In this document: positions 46,382 to 55,595 of the stretch, one piece after another
Layout of the letters: every line of letters starts with the position of its first letter
How positions within the stretch are numbered: the stretch's first letter is position 1
Origin: an uncultured bacterium
Lineage (GTDB): Bacteria > Krumholzibacteriota > Krumholzibacteriia > LZORAL124-64-63
Assembly (NCBI GenBank): GCA_963727525.1
Contig: CAVSGO010000007.1
Location: 1,728,001-1,792,000 of the forward strand
Direction of reading: 5' to 3'
DNA length: 64,000 nucleotides
Translations under genes and position numbers: made by a program
Notes under the pieces: model-generated
The model's input: only the letters and a program-made list of their open reading frames with translations
Database searches by the model: none
What the model was told of the DNA's origin: nothing

Positions 46382-46408
46382 GCGCCGTCTCCACCCGGGA
46401 GACGGCGC
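46382..46408. terminator. Bidirectional hairpin between nth and ssb
   Basis: GCGCCGTCTCC-ACCCG-GGAGACGGCGC. Confidence 0.65.
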
Positions 46409-46432
46409 CTTGATCGTTCCCGCCGCGAACGA

Positions 46433-46888
46433 CTAGAACGGCAGATCGTCGTCGTCGATGGGACCGCTCTCCATGGGCGGGGCCTCGAAGCCACCTTCCG
46501 ACGGAGCGCTTTGACCGCGGCTCTCGCGCTGCGGGCCGGGCGCGTCGCCCTCCTCGCGGCGACCGAGGATCATCAGATCCCGCGCGACGACCTCGGTCGT
46601 GTAGCGCGTGTTGCCGTCGCGATCCTGCCACTGGCGGGTCTCGATGCGGCCCTCGACGTAGACCTGCTTGCCCTTGCGCAGATACCTCTCGGCGCGCTCG
46701 GCAAGGTGACGCCAGGCGACCACGCGGTGCCACTCGGTGCGTTCCTGCCACTCGTTGGTGCTCTTGTCCTGCCAGCGTTCGCTCGTGGCGATGCGGAGAT
46801 TCGCCACCGGGGTGTTGCCCTGGGTGTACTTGATCTCGGGGTCCGCGCCCAGGTTGCCGATGAGGATGACCTTGTTCACGCTTGCCAT
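46433..46888 (-). CDS. ssb: Single-stranded DNA-binding protein
   Basis: MASVNKVILIGNLGADPE, TEWHRVV, C-terminal DDDDLPF. Confidence 0.97.
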   Translation of the reverse strand: MASVNKVILIGNLGADPEIKYTQGNTPVANLRIATSERWQDKSTNEWQERTEWHRVVAWRHLAERAERYLRKGKQVYVEGRIETRQWQDRDGNTRYTTEVVARDLMILGRREEGDAPGPQRESRGQSAPSEGGFEAPPMESGPIDDDDLPF

Positions 46889-47008
46889 CGAGGCTGCCTC
46901 CAGTGTGTGGGCGGACGGGCCGCCGGGTGCGCGGGAGGTGTCGGCTTCGCCATGCCACCTGGCGAAGATCGTGCCGACTTGCACCGGGAGCGGTACGCGA
47001 GAAAAAAA

Positions 47009-47085
47009 TGGGGTGGATGATGGGACTCGAACCCATGACCGCCTGGACCACAACCAGGAGCTCTGCCACCTGAGCTACATCCACC
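47009..47085 (-). tRNA. tRNA-His(GTG)
   Basis: Cloverleaf with G-1, anticodon arm CCTGGTT-GTG-GTCCAGG, CCA end. Confidence 0.96.
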
Positions 47086-47102
47086 ACCAAGTCGTGTCTG
47101 CG

Positions 47103-47179
<77 letters not shown>

Positions 47180-47262
47180 ACCGTTCGAACCGCGCGGGCG
47201 GAAGGCGAATAATCGCTTCGATCGCGCGGCCTGTCAAGCGGCCCGAGGCCGTCTGCGAGGGC

Positions 47263-47339
47263 TGGTCGGGGCGACAGGATTCGAACCTGCGACCCGCGGC
47301 TCCCAAAGCCGCTGCGCTACCGGACTGCGCCACGCCCCG
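47263..47339 (-). tRNA. tRNA-Pro(TGG)
   Basis: CGGGGCG acceptor, anticodon arm GCGGCTT-TGG-GAGCCGC, CCA end. Confidence 0.96.
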
Positions 47340-47362
47340 ACCCGGTCCTGACGAAGCGTCCA

Positions 47363-47391
47363 TTCATAGTGGCCGCCCGCGGCGGTGTCAA
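47363..47391 (-). promoter_or_regulatory. Sigma70 promoter for the tRNA-Pro-Arg-His cluster
   Basis: TTGACA-N17-TATGAA. Confidence 0.65.
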
Positions 47392-47439
47392 TACCGGGCG
47401 ACCGCCTCCGCCCGATCCGTGCGCGCCAGCTGACGCCGC

Positions 47440-48459
47440 CTACACATACGTCTGGCGCACCACGTCCAGCAACCGGCGCAGCGCGTGGCCGCGGTGGCTG
47501 ATGGCGTGCTTCTGTTCAGGAGCGAGCTGGGCCAGCGTCAGCTCGGTGCCGTCCGGGATGAAGATCGGGTCGTAGCCGAAGCCGCCCGTCCCCACCGGCT
47601 CGGTGCCCACGTGGCCCAGACAGCGTCCCTCGGCCGCCATCTCCAGCCACACGGCCTCGGCCAGAGTGCGGCCAGGGGCATCGGCGGGCAGGCCGCTGGG
47701 TGCCACCATGGTGGGCGGCTCGTCGCCGGCGGTGGGGCCGTTGGCCGTCCACAGGCGCGGGTCCGGCAGTCGCACGGCACCGGGGGGCGCATCAGCGGGA
47801 CGGCCGCCCTTGAGCATGGGCGTCACCAGGCGGTCGACGATCTCACGTAGGCGGTTGACGTCGGCCCCGCCGTCCACCATCACCGCACGCATGTTCATGC
47901 GGTAGTTCTGCCACACCTGGTGGTGATTGGAGAGCCGGTTCCAGTAGGCGTACTCCTCGTCCGGGTGCTTCACCTCGATGGCGCGCGCGAATGGATTGTG
48001 CAGCCAACGCGACTGAGCGCGGCGCGGCACCTCGGCCTCGCCGCCCAGTGTGACGCGTGGGCGCGGGTCGACCCACACCACGGTGGAGCTGAAGCGAGCC
48101 TGGCGGCGGCCGGCGGGCACGTGCCGCATCAGATCGAGCACCTGCTTCACATTGTCGGCGTAGCTGGCCTGCGGGCCGGCGAAGCGGGAGGCGAAGACGT
48201 CGGGCATGTCGTTGAGGACGCGGACCTGGAACGTGGTGTCGTCGGCCACGGCGATCTCGCCGGTGTATGCCGCCGTCTCGATGGCCTTGCGGCTCGCGTT
48301 GCCCAGAGCCGTGGTGCCGTCCTCGATGACCTCGGGCAGCCCCTCATAGTCGAGAGCCGACACGACGTCGAACGGCAACCCGGCACACAGCTCCCGCATC
48401 TCGCGCACCTTGTCCTCGTTGCGACTGGCGATGACCACCTTGCGCATCGTGTTTGGCAT
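47440..48459 (-). CDS. rdgB: Non-canonical purine NTP pyrophosphatase (HAM1/RdgB) with a large internal insertion
   Basis: ASRNEDKVRE, ADD, GFGYDPIF, KHAISHRG; position after rph; 339 aa. Confidence 0.88.
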   Translation of the reverse strand: MPNTMRKVVIASRNEDKVREMRELCAGLPFDVVSALDYEGLPEVIEDGTTALGNASRKAIETAAYTGEIAVADDTTFQVRVLNDMPDVFASRFAGPQASYADNVKQVLDLMRHVPAGRRQARFSSTVVWVDPRPRVTLGGEAEVPRRAQSRWLHNPFARAIEVKHPDEEYAYWNRLSNHHQVWQNYRMNMRAVMVDGGADVNRLREIVDRLVTPMLKGGRPADAPPGAVRLPDPRLWTANGPTAGDEPPTMVAPSGLPADAPGRTLAEAVWLEMAAEGRCLGHVGTEPVGTGGFGYDPIFIPDGTELTLAQLAPEQKHAISHRGHALRRLLDVVRQTYV

Positions 48460-48478
48460 ACTTCCGCCTCCGTTCTTA

Positions 48479-49216
48479 TCAGATCGACAGCACCTTGCGC
48501 TGCAACTCGTTGATCTTGGTGATACCGGCCGCCGAGAGGTCGAGCATGCGATCGAGCTGGGCGCGCGCGAACGGCTGGCGTTCGGCCGTGCCCTGGATCT
48601 CGATGAGGCCACCACCCTCGGTCATGACCACGTTCATATCGGTCTCCGCGCGCGAGTCTTCCTTGTAATCAAGATCGAGAATCACCTCGCCATCGACGAC
48701 CCCCAGGCTGATGGCGCCCACGAGGGAACGCATGGGGTGCTTGCGTAGATCGAGGCGCGCGAGGGCGTCGTAGAGGGCGACGGTGGCGCCATTGATGGAG
48801 GCGCAGCGGGTGCCGCCATCGGCGCGCACGACATCGCAGTCGAGGGTGATGGTCAGCTCGCCGAGGGCGTGCATGTCGGTGACGGCGCGCAGGGCGCGAC
48901 CGATCAGGCGCTGAATCTCCATGGTGCGGCCGCTGGGCCCGCCGCTCGCCTCACGGCGCATGCGCTCGTCGGTGCTGCGCGGCAACATGCCGTACTCGGC
49001 GGTGATCCAGCCCTGGCCGCCACCCTTGAGCCAGCGCGGCACGCCGTGGGCGATGGTGGCGGTGCACACCACGTGCGTGTTGCCCATCTCGATGAAGCAC
49101 GACCCCTCGGCGTGCGGCAGATAGTCGCGGGTCATGCGCGTGGCGCGCAGCTGGGTGACGGCACGTCCGCTCGCCCGTCCGATCGTCGCACCATTGTTGC
49201 CTGTGTTATCGCTCAC
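48479..49216 (-). CDS. rph: Ribonuclease PH
   Basis: [48 protein letters not shown]. Confidence 0.96.
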   Translation of the reverse strand: MSDNTGNNGATIGRASGRAVTQLRATRMTRDYLPHAEGSCFIEMGNTHVVCTATIAHGVPRWLKGGGQGWITAEYGMLPRSTDERMRREASGGPSGRTMEIQRLIGRALRAVTDMHALGELTITLDCDVVRADGGTRCASINGATVALYDALARLDLRKHPMRSLVGAISLGVVDGEVILDLDYKEDSRAETDMNVVMTEGGGLIEIQGTAERQPFARAQLDRMLDLSAAGITKINELQRKVLSI

Positions 49217-50073
49217 GTGGCCTCGCCCTTCCCGGCTTGGGACAGGCGTCCCTCGCCCTCGAGTTCGTCCAGGTTCACCGTCATCACGTCGGCGATGGGG
49301 CGGCCGAGGAAACGCTCGCCCACCTCGGTGAACTTCCAGGGGATGTCGCTCAGATAGTACGTCAGCCGGCCCTCGCCGAGAACGGTACGGCAGAGGCCTG
49401 CGGCCGTGAGGCGCGTCTGCGCGGCCGCGGCCAGGGCCTCGGCCGAGTCGACGAGGGCCACGGCCGGTCCCATGAAACGCGCGATGAGCGGCTTGAGCAA
49501 CGGATAGTGCGTGCAACCCAGGATGAGGGTATCCACTCCGTCGTCGCGCAGATCCGTGAGGTACTCGCGGCACGCCAGCTCGGTGAGCTCGTGCTCCAGC
49601 AGGCCCTCCTCCACGAGCGGGACGAAGAGCGGGCACTCGCGCGCCACCACGCGGTTCTCGCCCAGCGCGGCGGCGAGGCCGGCCTGGTAGCGCCCGCTGC
49701 GGATGGTGCCGCTGGTGCCGATCACGCCCACCTTGCCCCCGCACGTACGCTGCAACGCTGTCTGCACGCCGGGTTGGATCACGCCCAGCACCGGCAACGG
49801 GCAGCGCGCCTCGAGGAACTCGAGGGCGAAGGCGCTGGCCGTGTTGCAGGCCACGACCACCATCTTCACACCGAGCGACAGGAGGAAGCGCGCATCTTGC
49901 CAGGCGAAGGCCTGCACCGTGCGCGCACCCTTGGTGCCGTAGGGCACGCGGGCGGTGTCGCCGAAGTAGATGAGATCCTCTTGCGGCAGGCGCGCGTGCA
50001 GGGCGCGCAGCACCGTGAGGCCGCCCATGCCCGAATCGAAGACGCCGATGGGACGTTTCGCAGCTTCGTTCAT
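49213..50073 (-). CDS. murI: Glutamate racemase
   Basis: [22 protein letters not shown]. Confidence 0.97.
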   Translation of the reverse strand: MNEAAKRPIGVFDSGMGGLTVLRALHARLPQEDLIYFGDTARVPYGTKGARTVQAFAWQDARFLLSLGVKMVVVACNTASAFALEFLEARCPLPVLGVIQPGVQTALQRTCGGKVGVIGTSGTIRSGRYQAGLAAALGENRVVARECPLFVPLVEEGLLEHELTELACREYLTDLRDDGVDTLILGCTHYPLLKPLIARFMGPAVALVDSAEALAAAAQTRLTAAGLCRTVLGEGRLTYYLSDIPWKFTEVGERFLGRPIADVMTVNLDELEGEGRLSQAGKGEAT

Positions 50074-50742
50074 CTATTGCCACCTCCGCAGATCGAAGGG
50101 GCCGTCCATCACGAGATGGCCGCTGAGCGTCTCCACCTGGGCGCCGTCCACGAGGACGCGGCAGGTCACGAGGTCGGGGAAGTTGAGGGCCACGGTGCGC
50201 AGGATACTGGTGATCGTGGCCAGCTCGGCCGCGCTGCCGCCGGGATGGCGCGTGACCAGCTCGGCGCTGAAGTCGAGCACGGCGCTGTGCGCCTTCGCGT
50301 CGATGAACACCGACAGCGGCTGCGTCTGGCTCGGCAGCGCCGAGATGGCGCCGCTGATCGTGGGCCCCTTGCATAGCTCGCGCATCAGCCCGAGCAGGTC
50401 GCTCTCGGCATAGCCCTCGCTCGGGATACGGCGCTGCTCGGTGACGTAGCCGGTACCATCCCACTCGGGAAAGACCATGAGCACGGTGCGATCGCCGGCG
50501 GGCGGCGGCGCCTCCTGCGTGCTCTCGGGCAGGGCGCCGAGTTCGGTATCCAGCGATGACGACGAGCGGCGCAATGAGCGTAGCCCCACGACCACGGCGG
50601 CGGCCGCCACGGCCACCAGCAGCCAGATCAGGACGCGGCTCGTGCGGCCATTCTTGCGCAACGGCGCGGGACGCCGGCTGCTCGGGCGCGGGCGGCGCGG
50701 TGAGGACGACGGCTGACGGGACGGCGGCGTCTGGTCGCTCAT
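50074..50742 (-). CDS. GerMN domain protein
   Basis: Single TM, LCKGP...AVLDFS...GGSAAE...ETLSGH; located between amidase and murI. Confidence 0.85.
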   Translation of the reverse strand: MSDQTPPSRQPSSSPRRPRPSSRRPAPLRKNGRTSRVLIWLLVAVAAAAVVVGLRSLRRSSSSLDTELGALPESTQEAPPPAGDRTVLMVFPEWDGTGYVTEQRRIPSEGYAESDLLGLMRELCKGPTISGAISALPSQTQPLSVFIDAKAHSAVLDFSAELVTRHPGGSAAELATITSILRTVALNFPDLVTCRVLVDGAQVETLSGHLVMDGPFDLRRWQ

Positions 50743-52379
50743 CGCCCACCACCTCCGGCCGCGGCGCCCTGGCTGGCCGCCTCCGCCATGCGGTCGCGGT
50801 ATTGCAGGATCGCATCGCCGATGGCGCCGGCGAGCGAGTGCTGGTAGTGCGAGTCGTTGAGGCGTGTCTCGTCGGACGGGTTGCTCAGGAAGCCCATCTC
50901 CACCAGCACCGCCGGCATGTATGCGCCCACGAGCACGCGAAAACCGGCCTGGCGCACGCCGCGATCGGGAAGGTTGAGGCGGTCGCTCACCGTGTGCTGG
51001 ATGGTCTCGGCCAGGTCGCTGCTGCTGCTGATGAAGCGATTCTGCACCAGTTCCCAGACGATGAAGTCCACGTCGTCGTCGCCGCCGTCGCCGTTCTCGG
51101 CGACCTCGACGCTCTGGCTCCAGTCGGTCTTGGCCGGCGACAGGAAATACGTCTCCAGACCGGTGGCGCCCTGCGAGAACCAGCCGTTGCAGTGCAGGGA
51201 GATGAAGAGGTCGCCGCCGGCACTGTTGGCGATCTCGGTGCGCTGCGCGAGGGGCACGTGCTCGTCGGAGTCGCGCGTGAGCACCACGTTCAGACCGCCC
51301 TCGCGGCGCAAGTAGCTGGCGAGCTGCCGCGCCATCTCCAGATTGATCGTCTTCTCCTGAGTACCGCCGGGACCGGCCACGCCGGCATCGTTGCCGCCGT
51401 GTCCGGGATCGATGACCACGGTCTGCACCGTGAGCGCGCGCGACACGTTGATGGGCCCCGTGTCGAAGGCCACGCGCGCTTGGCCGCGCGGCACGGGCTC
51501 GGGCAACGCGGTGGTCTGCTGCTCCTCCACGGTGAGCGTGATGGTGCGGCCGTCGTCGGCTGTGGAAGTGCGGTACTGGGTCACAAGGTCGTCGACACGC
51601 ACGATGACGACGGCATAGCCGTCGGCCTGGCGACTGTGCACCGACCGCACGAGCCCGCGTGGCTCGCCCATGGCGACCCGCGACGGGTCCACCACGCCGT
51701 CGTAGATCTTCAGCTCGATGGTGCCCGGCTCGGGGCTGGTGGCGCGAAAGCTCAGCGGGGCTCGGCAGGTGATCTGCAGATTGGCGGCCCGCGTGAGCTG
51801 GGTGACGCGCAGTCCGGTGATGCTGGCGTCGATGGTGCCGAGGGTGAGGCGGCGTGCATCGGGGTCCCAGGCGATGGACTGGCCGGTGCGCGGCCCGAGC
51901 ACCTCGGTGACGAAGACGACGGGCAGCCAGAGGTCGCCCTCGGCGGCCACCACGGGTACTGGCAGGAGCAACTCGCTTTCGCCCTGAACCACGAGGCGGC
52001 TGCCGGCCATCACGCGCAGGCGCACGTCCTGCACCACCAGGGTGAGGCGCTGGGTAGGTGCCTGCCACAGCCGGCTGGCCTGCACGACGTCGGCGAGGGT
52101 GGCGGAGCGCAGATACATCTCCCGCGAGCCGGCGACGATCTGCCGGCCGGCGATGGTGCGCGTCTTGCCGGTGGCGCGGTCGGCCACGGTGATCGACTGG
52201 TTCGCGGCGTCGAGGTCGAGGTGACGCCAGGCCAGCGGGTCATCGAGTGTGTTGGGCGTGGCCGCCGGCGTGTCCTGCGCGCGCGCGAGCGGCGCGCGGA
52301 CGAGAGACGTGCCGAGCAACAGCGCCAGACCGAGCGCAAACAACGCCAGCAACCTCCGTGTGCGGCATACGGGTGCCAT
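50739..52379 (-). CDS. N-acetylmuramoyl-L-alanine amidase (Amidase_3)
   Basis: [30 protein letters not shown]. Confidence 0.93.
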   Translation of the reverse strand: MAPVCRTRRLLALFALGLALLLGTSLVRAPLARAQDTPAATPNTLDDPLAWRHLDLDAANQSITVADRATGKTRTIAGRQIVAGSREMYLRSATLADVVQASRLWQAPTQRLTLVVQDVRLRVMAGSRLVVQGESELLLPVPVVAAEGDLWLPVVFVTEVLGPRTGQSIAWDPDARRLTLGTIDASITGLRVTQLTRAANLQITCRAPLSFRATSPEPGTIELKIYDGVVDPSRVAMGEPRGLVRSVHSRQADGYAVVIVRVDDLVTQYRTSTADDGRTITLTVEEQQTTALPEPVPRGQARVAFDTGPINVSRALTVQTVVIDPGHGGNDAGVAGPGGTQEKTINLEMARQLASYLRREGGLNVVLTRDSDEHVPLAQRTEIANSAGGDLFISLHCNGWFSQGATGLETYFLSPAKTDWSQSVEVAENGDGGDDDVDFIVWELVQNRFISSSSDLAETIQHTVSDRLNLPDRGVRQAGFRVLVGAYMPAVLVEMGFLSNPSDETRLNDSHYQHSLAGAIGDAILQYRDRMAEAASQGAAAGGGGR

Positions 52380-52386
52380 CGTCCTC

Positions 52387-52860
52387 CTAGCCGCGGCGAC
52401 CGGTCTCCTGCGCGATCCGCCGCTCGACGTCCTTCTTGGCCTTGTCCTCGCGCTTGTCATACAGCTTCTTGCCGCGCGCCAGACCGATCTCCACCTTCAC
52501 GAGCCCCCGCTTGAAGTAGATCTTCAGCGGCACCAGTGTCTTGCCGCCCTCCTCCAGCTTCGGGCCGATCTTGCGGATCTCGCGGCGCGTCAACAACAGC
52601 TTGCGCCGGCGAAACGGTTCGTGATTCTCGCGATTGCCCATGTCGTAGGGTCCGATGTGCAGCTTCACCAGCCATACCTCGCCGCCCTTCAGTTCGGCGT
52701 AGGAATCGCCCATGTTCACGCGTCCACCGCGAAGCGCCTTGACCTCGGTGCCAACCAGGACGATCCCCGCCTCCCAGCTGTCGAGGATCTGGTACTCGTG
52801 GAAGGCCCGGCGGTTTCTGGCGATGAGCTTGATCCCGCTCTCGTCGTCCTTGCGGGCCAT
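52387..52860 (-). CDS. smpB: SsrA-binding protein
   Basis: NRRAFHEY, EAGIVLVGTEVK, RKLLL, GKKLYDKR. Confidence 0.97.
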   Translation of the reverse strand: MARKDDESGIKLIARNRRAFHEYQILDSWEAGIVLVGTEVKALRGGRVNMGDSYAELKGGEVWLVKLHIGPYDMGNRENHEPFRRRKLLLTRREIRKIGPKLEEGGKTLVPLKIYFKRGLVKVEIGLARGKKLYDKREDKAKKDVERRIAQETGRRG

Positions 52861-52947
52861 GGTGTCTCCGGGGTGAGGGTACGTTGGTGCAGCCACAGAA
52901 CCTAGCACCTGCCCCGGCTTCCCACAAGCTCTTGGCCCAGGACCAGG

Positions 52948-52976
52948 TTGACAGCGGCCGGGCGCCGCGCTAATTT
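52948..52976 (+). promoter_or_regulatory. Sigma70 promoter for tRNA-Leu
   Basis: TTGACA-N17-TAATTT. Confidence 0.7.
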
Positions 52977-53014
52977 GGCCCTCCGCCGCGAGAGCGGCGA
53001 TATCGCGAATACGT

Positions 53015-53101
53015 GCCCAGGTGGCGGAACTGGTAGACGCGCTACGTTCAGGTCGTAGTGAGGGTAACCTCGTGGGAGTTCGAGTCTCTTCCTGGGCACC
53101 A
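53015..53101 (+). tRNA. tRNA-Leu(CAG)
   Basis: GCCCAGG acceptor, anticodon arm CTACGTT-CAG-GTCGTAG, long variable arm, CCA end. Confidence 0.96.
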
Positions 53102-53108
53102 TGACTTC

Positions 53109-53133
53109 AGCCCGCTTCGGCGGGCTTTTTTTT
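53109..53133 (+). terminator. Intrinsic terminator after tRNA-Leu
   Basis: AGCCCGC-TTCG-GCGGGCT followed by a T-run. Confidence 0.9.
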
Positions 53134-53294
53134 GCCTTATCCTCATCTGACCACATCCTCCTCCACCACACCACCCCGGCATGGGTCCTGCAAGCCAGTC
53201 TGCGAGTCCACAGCCCGAGCCTTCAGTTCACGAATCGGATGCCGAAGACTCGATCAGAGTTACCCTCGCCCGCACAGCACGGCCGGAGGACTGC

Positions 53295-54575
53295 ATGCGC
53301 TGGATCGACATCTCGTTGCCGCCGACGGGCGAATGCCCTGACCTGGACGCCCAGCTCGCGATCGCGCGGGATTTACAGACTTCCCTGAGCGCACTGCAGG
53401 AGCGCGAGGGGCTGGACAGCCCCGCCGTGGTGCAGGCGATGCTGGTTGCCGGCCAGGCGCTGTTCGCCGGGGTGACCAGTCGCGATCCGGAAGCTTTCAA
53501 GCCGGCGTCCGGGCGCGCCGGTGGTCGGGTCCCGGCCTCCCGTCGGCCGGAAGTCGACCGGTTGGACGGATATCACCTCGTCGGCGACGCCACCCAGGTG
53601 GGCCTGCCGTGGCACTGGCTGCACAATGGTGTCGAGTTCCTGCTGGCCCGGTCGCCCATCTGCGCAGGCATCCACGGCTCACGGGTGCCTGAGGCCGATC
53701 CGCCGCGGCTGTGGATGCAGCGGTACAGCGAGGCCCTCTTCGCCCAGGCCGCGGGCGAACGAGGCGTCGGCGCCGGCGAACCCGCCGTCACGCCCGAGAT
53801 CCTCTTCGTGCCTGGCCACGGCGATGACGCGATCCGCCGCCTCATGTTCCGCGAGGCCGACGCCATCGAGACGTCCCTGCGCGGAGGCTTGCGTCCCCTG
53901 GCACGATTGCGCATTCCCGGCGCCGTGACGCCGGGCCTGCTGGCCGCGCGCGCCATGCTCTACCAGGCCCTGCATTTCACCGCGCCGACCAGCCAGGCAC
54001 CGGAGGTCTCGCACGCCGGCGAGAACAGCTGGCTGGCCGGCCTCATCGCGGGCGCCGGCGTGCCGGGTGCCGAGGCCATCGACACCATGGTGGGCATGGA
54101 ACTGGACGTGGTGGGTGTGGATCCCGTGGACGCCGTGCTCGACCACGTGTTCGAGCGTTACGAGCAGCATCCCGAGGGCGTGGCGCGCGCGCGTGAACGC
54201 GGCGCGGCGAACGTGGTCACCGCGGGCCACGCGTGGTTGCTCGACGATGGCCCGGTGCTGCCCGAAAGCCTCGGCCGCGACGGCAACCTGCCACCCTTGG
54301 TGTTCTCCAACAGCTACTGCAGCCTGGGCTGGCTTGGGTCGCGCTTCCTGGCCGCCGGCGCCTCCACCTTCGTGGGCCCCGCGGCGCCGATCTATAGCCG
54401 CCCAGCGCGGCGCTTCGCGGCGCATTTCTACGCGGGCCTGAACGACGGTCTGTGCGCGGGTGCGGCGGTGCAGCAGGCCGCGCTGGCCCTGCGCGGCGAA
54501 CTTGGCGCAGAGCATCCCGGCTGGCTCACCTACGGCCTGATAGGCTACGGCACGCTCGTGCTCGGCTGCCTGTAG
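53295..54575 (+). CDS. CHAT (caspase-like) domain protein with degenerate active site
   Basis: LPWHWLH, EADAI, ALHF, LVFSNSYCS, FLAAGA..FVG, FAAHFY..L, WLTYGLIG; GGAGGA RBS. Confidence 0.7.
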   Translation: MRWIDISLPPTGECPDLDAQLAIARDLQTSLSALQEREGLDSPAVVQAMLVAGQALFAGVTSRDPEAFKPASGRAGGRVPASRRPEVDRLDGYHLVGDATQVGLPWHWLHNGVEFLLARSPICAGIHGSRVPEADPPRLWMQRYSEALFAQAAGERGVGAGEPAVTPEILFVPGHGDDAIRRLMFREADAIETSLRGGLRPLARLRIPGAVTPGLLAARAMLYQALHFTAPTSQAPEVSHAGENSWLAGLIAGAGVPGAEAIDTMVGMELDVVGVDPVDAVLDHVFERYEQHPEGVARARERGAANVVTAGHAWLLDDGPVLPESLGRDGNLPPLVFSNSYCSLGWLGSRFLAAGASTFVGPAAPIYSRPARRFAAHFYAGLNDGLCAGAAVQQAALALRGELGAEHPGWLTYGLIGYGTLVLGCL

Positions 54576-54583
54576 TCGGCGTT

Positions 54584-55390
54584 TCAGCCCTCGAACTCGC
54601 GGACGATTCCTATCAACTCGTTGTGCACCAGTCCGTTGCTGGCCACGAGGTCGGTACTGCCGGGCCGGTAGGGCTCGCCCCGATGGTCGGTGACGCGGCC
54701 GCCGGCCTCGACCACGAGCAGCAGTCCCGGCGCCACGTCGTACAGCGCCTGTGGCTTGCCCCGGCCGGCAACGAGAGCGTCGAAGCGCCCGGCGGCCAGG
54801 TAGGCCATTTCCAGGGCGATGGTACCCAGCCGGCGCATCTTCATCGAACGCAGCAGGAGGGCCTGGAGCAGAGCCGCGTTCTGGACGAAGCGCCCGCCCT
54901 TCTGGAGCTGGGCGGAGAAGATGCACTCGGCGAAGCTGGCGCGGTCGCTCACGTGCGCCGGTTCGCCGTTGCGGCGGCAGCCATGACCCTTCACGGCGGT
55001 GAAGCACTCGTCGGTGAGAGTGGCGTAGACGCAGGCGGCAACCACCTCATCACCGTCCATGAGCGCGAAGCTGGTACAGAACGTGGGCAAGCCGAGGGCG
55101 AAGTTCAGGGTGCCATCGATGGGATCGAGGTGCCACACGCGCCCACCCTGGGCCGCCTCGGCGTCGGCGCCGAACTCCTCGCCGCTCACGGCATCGTCGG
55201 GGAACGCAGCCCGGATCCGCTGGCGCAGGAGCGTTTCGATCTCGCGGTCGGCGTCGGTGACGGCCTCGCGGGCGTACTTGAACTGCAGGGGTCCGGTACG
55301 CAGGAAGCGGTCGCGGGCGATCGCGGCGGCCTCGAGGGCCCAGCCGTGCATGGTGGCCTCGAGGGAGGCCGGGTCGAATCCGGGGGTCAT
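54584..55390 (-). CDS. Inositol monophosphatase family protein
   Basis: VTDAD, GEE, WHLDPIDGTLNF, YDVAPG..EAGG. Confidence 0.92.
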   Translation of the reverse strand: MTPGFDPASLEATMHGWALEAAAIARDRFLRTGPLQFKYAREAVTDADREIETLLRQRIRAAFPDDAVSGEEFGADAEAAQGGRVWHLDPIDGTLNFALGLPTFCTSFALMDGDEVVAACVYATLTDECFTAVKGHGCRRNGEPAHVSDRASFAECIFSAQLQKGGRFVQNAALLQALLLRSMKMRRLGTIALEMAYLAAGRFDALVAGRGKPQALYDVAPGLLLVVEAGGRVTDHRGEPYRPGSTDLVASNGLVHNELIGIVREFEG

Positions 55391-55595
55391 CGCGAGTCCT
55401 TTCGAGTTGGATCACCTGGCATGATGGCGGCACCTCGAGCCGGATGCAACCCGGAGGGCGTCCCCTGCGTCTCTAGACAGTCTATACCCTGGGCGCCGGT
55501 TCTCGTCTAGTCGCACGCGCGAATCCGGCGTATCCTGAACCGATGCACCGCGATCGGTGCCTGATGACACCCACACCGGGACGCATGGAACGATC

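Noticed and set aside
47650-48063. Intein as the explanation for the RdgB insertion
   Set aside because: No N-terminal Cys/Ser block and no His-Asn followed by Cys/Ser/Thr at the downstream junction.
48479-52068. Long ORFs 48479-50815 and 50074-52068
   Set aside because: These are upstream out-of-frame extensions of rph and the GerMN gene overlapping murI and the amidase.
52860-53015. tmRNA next to smpB
   Set aside because: The adjacent RNA is tRNA-Leu; no GGGG(C/G)TG-type tmRNA 5' end or tag reading frame was found.
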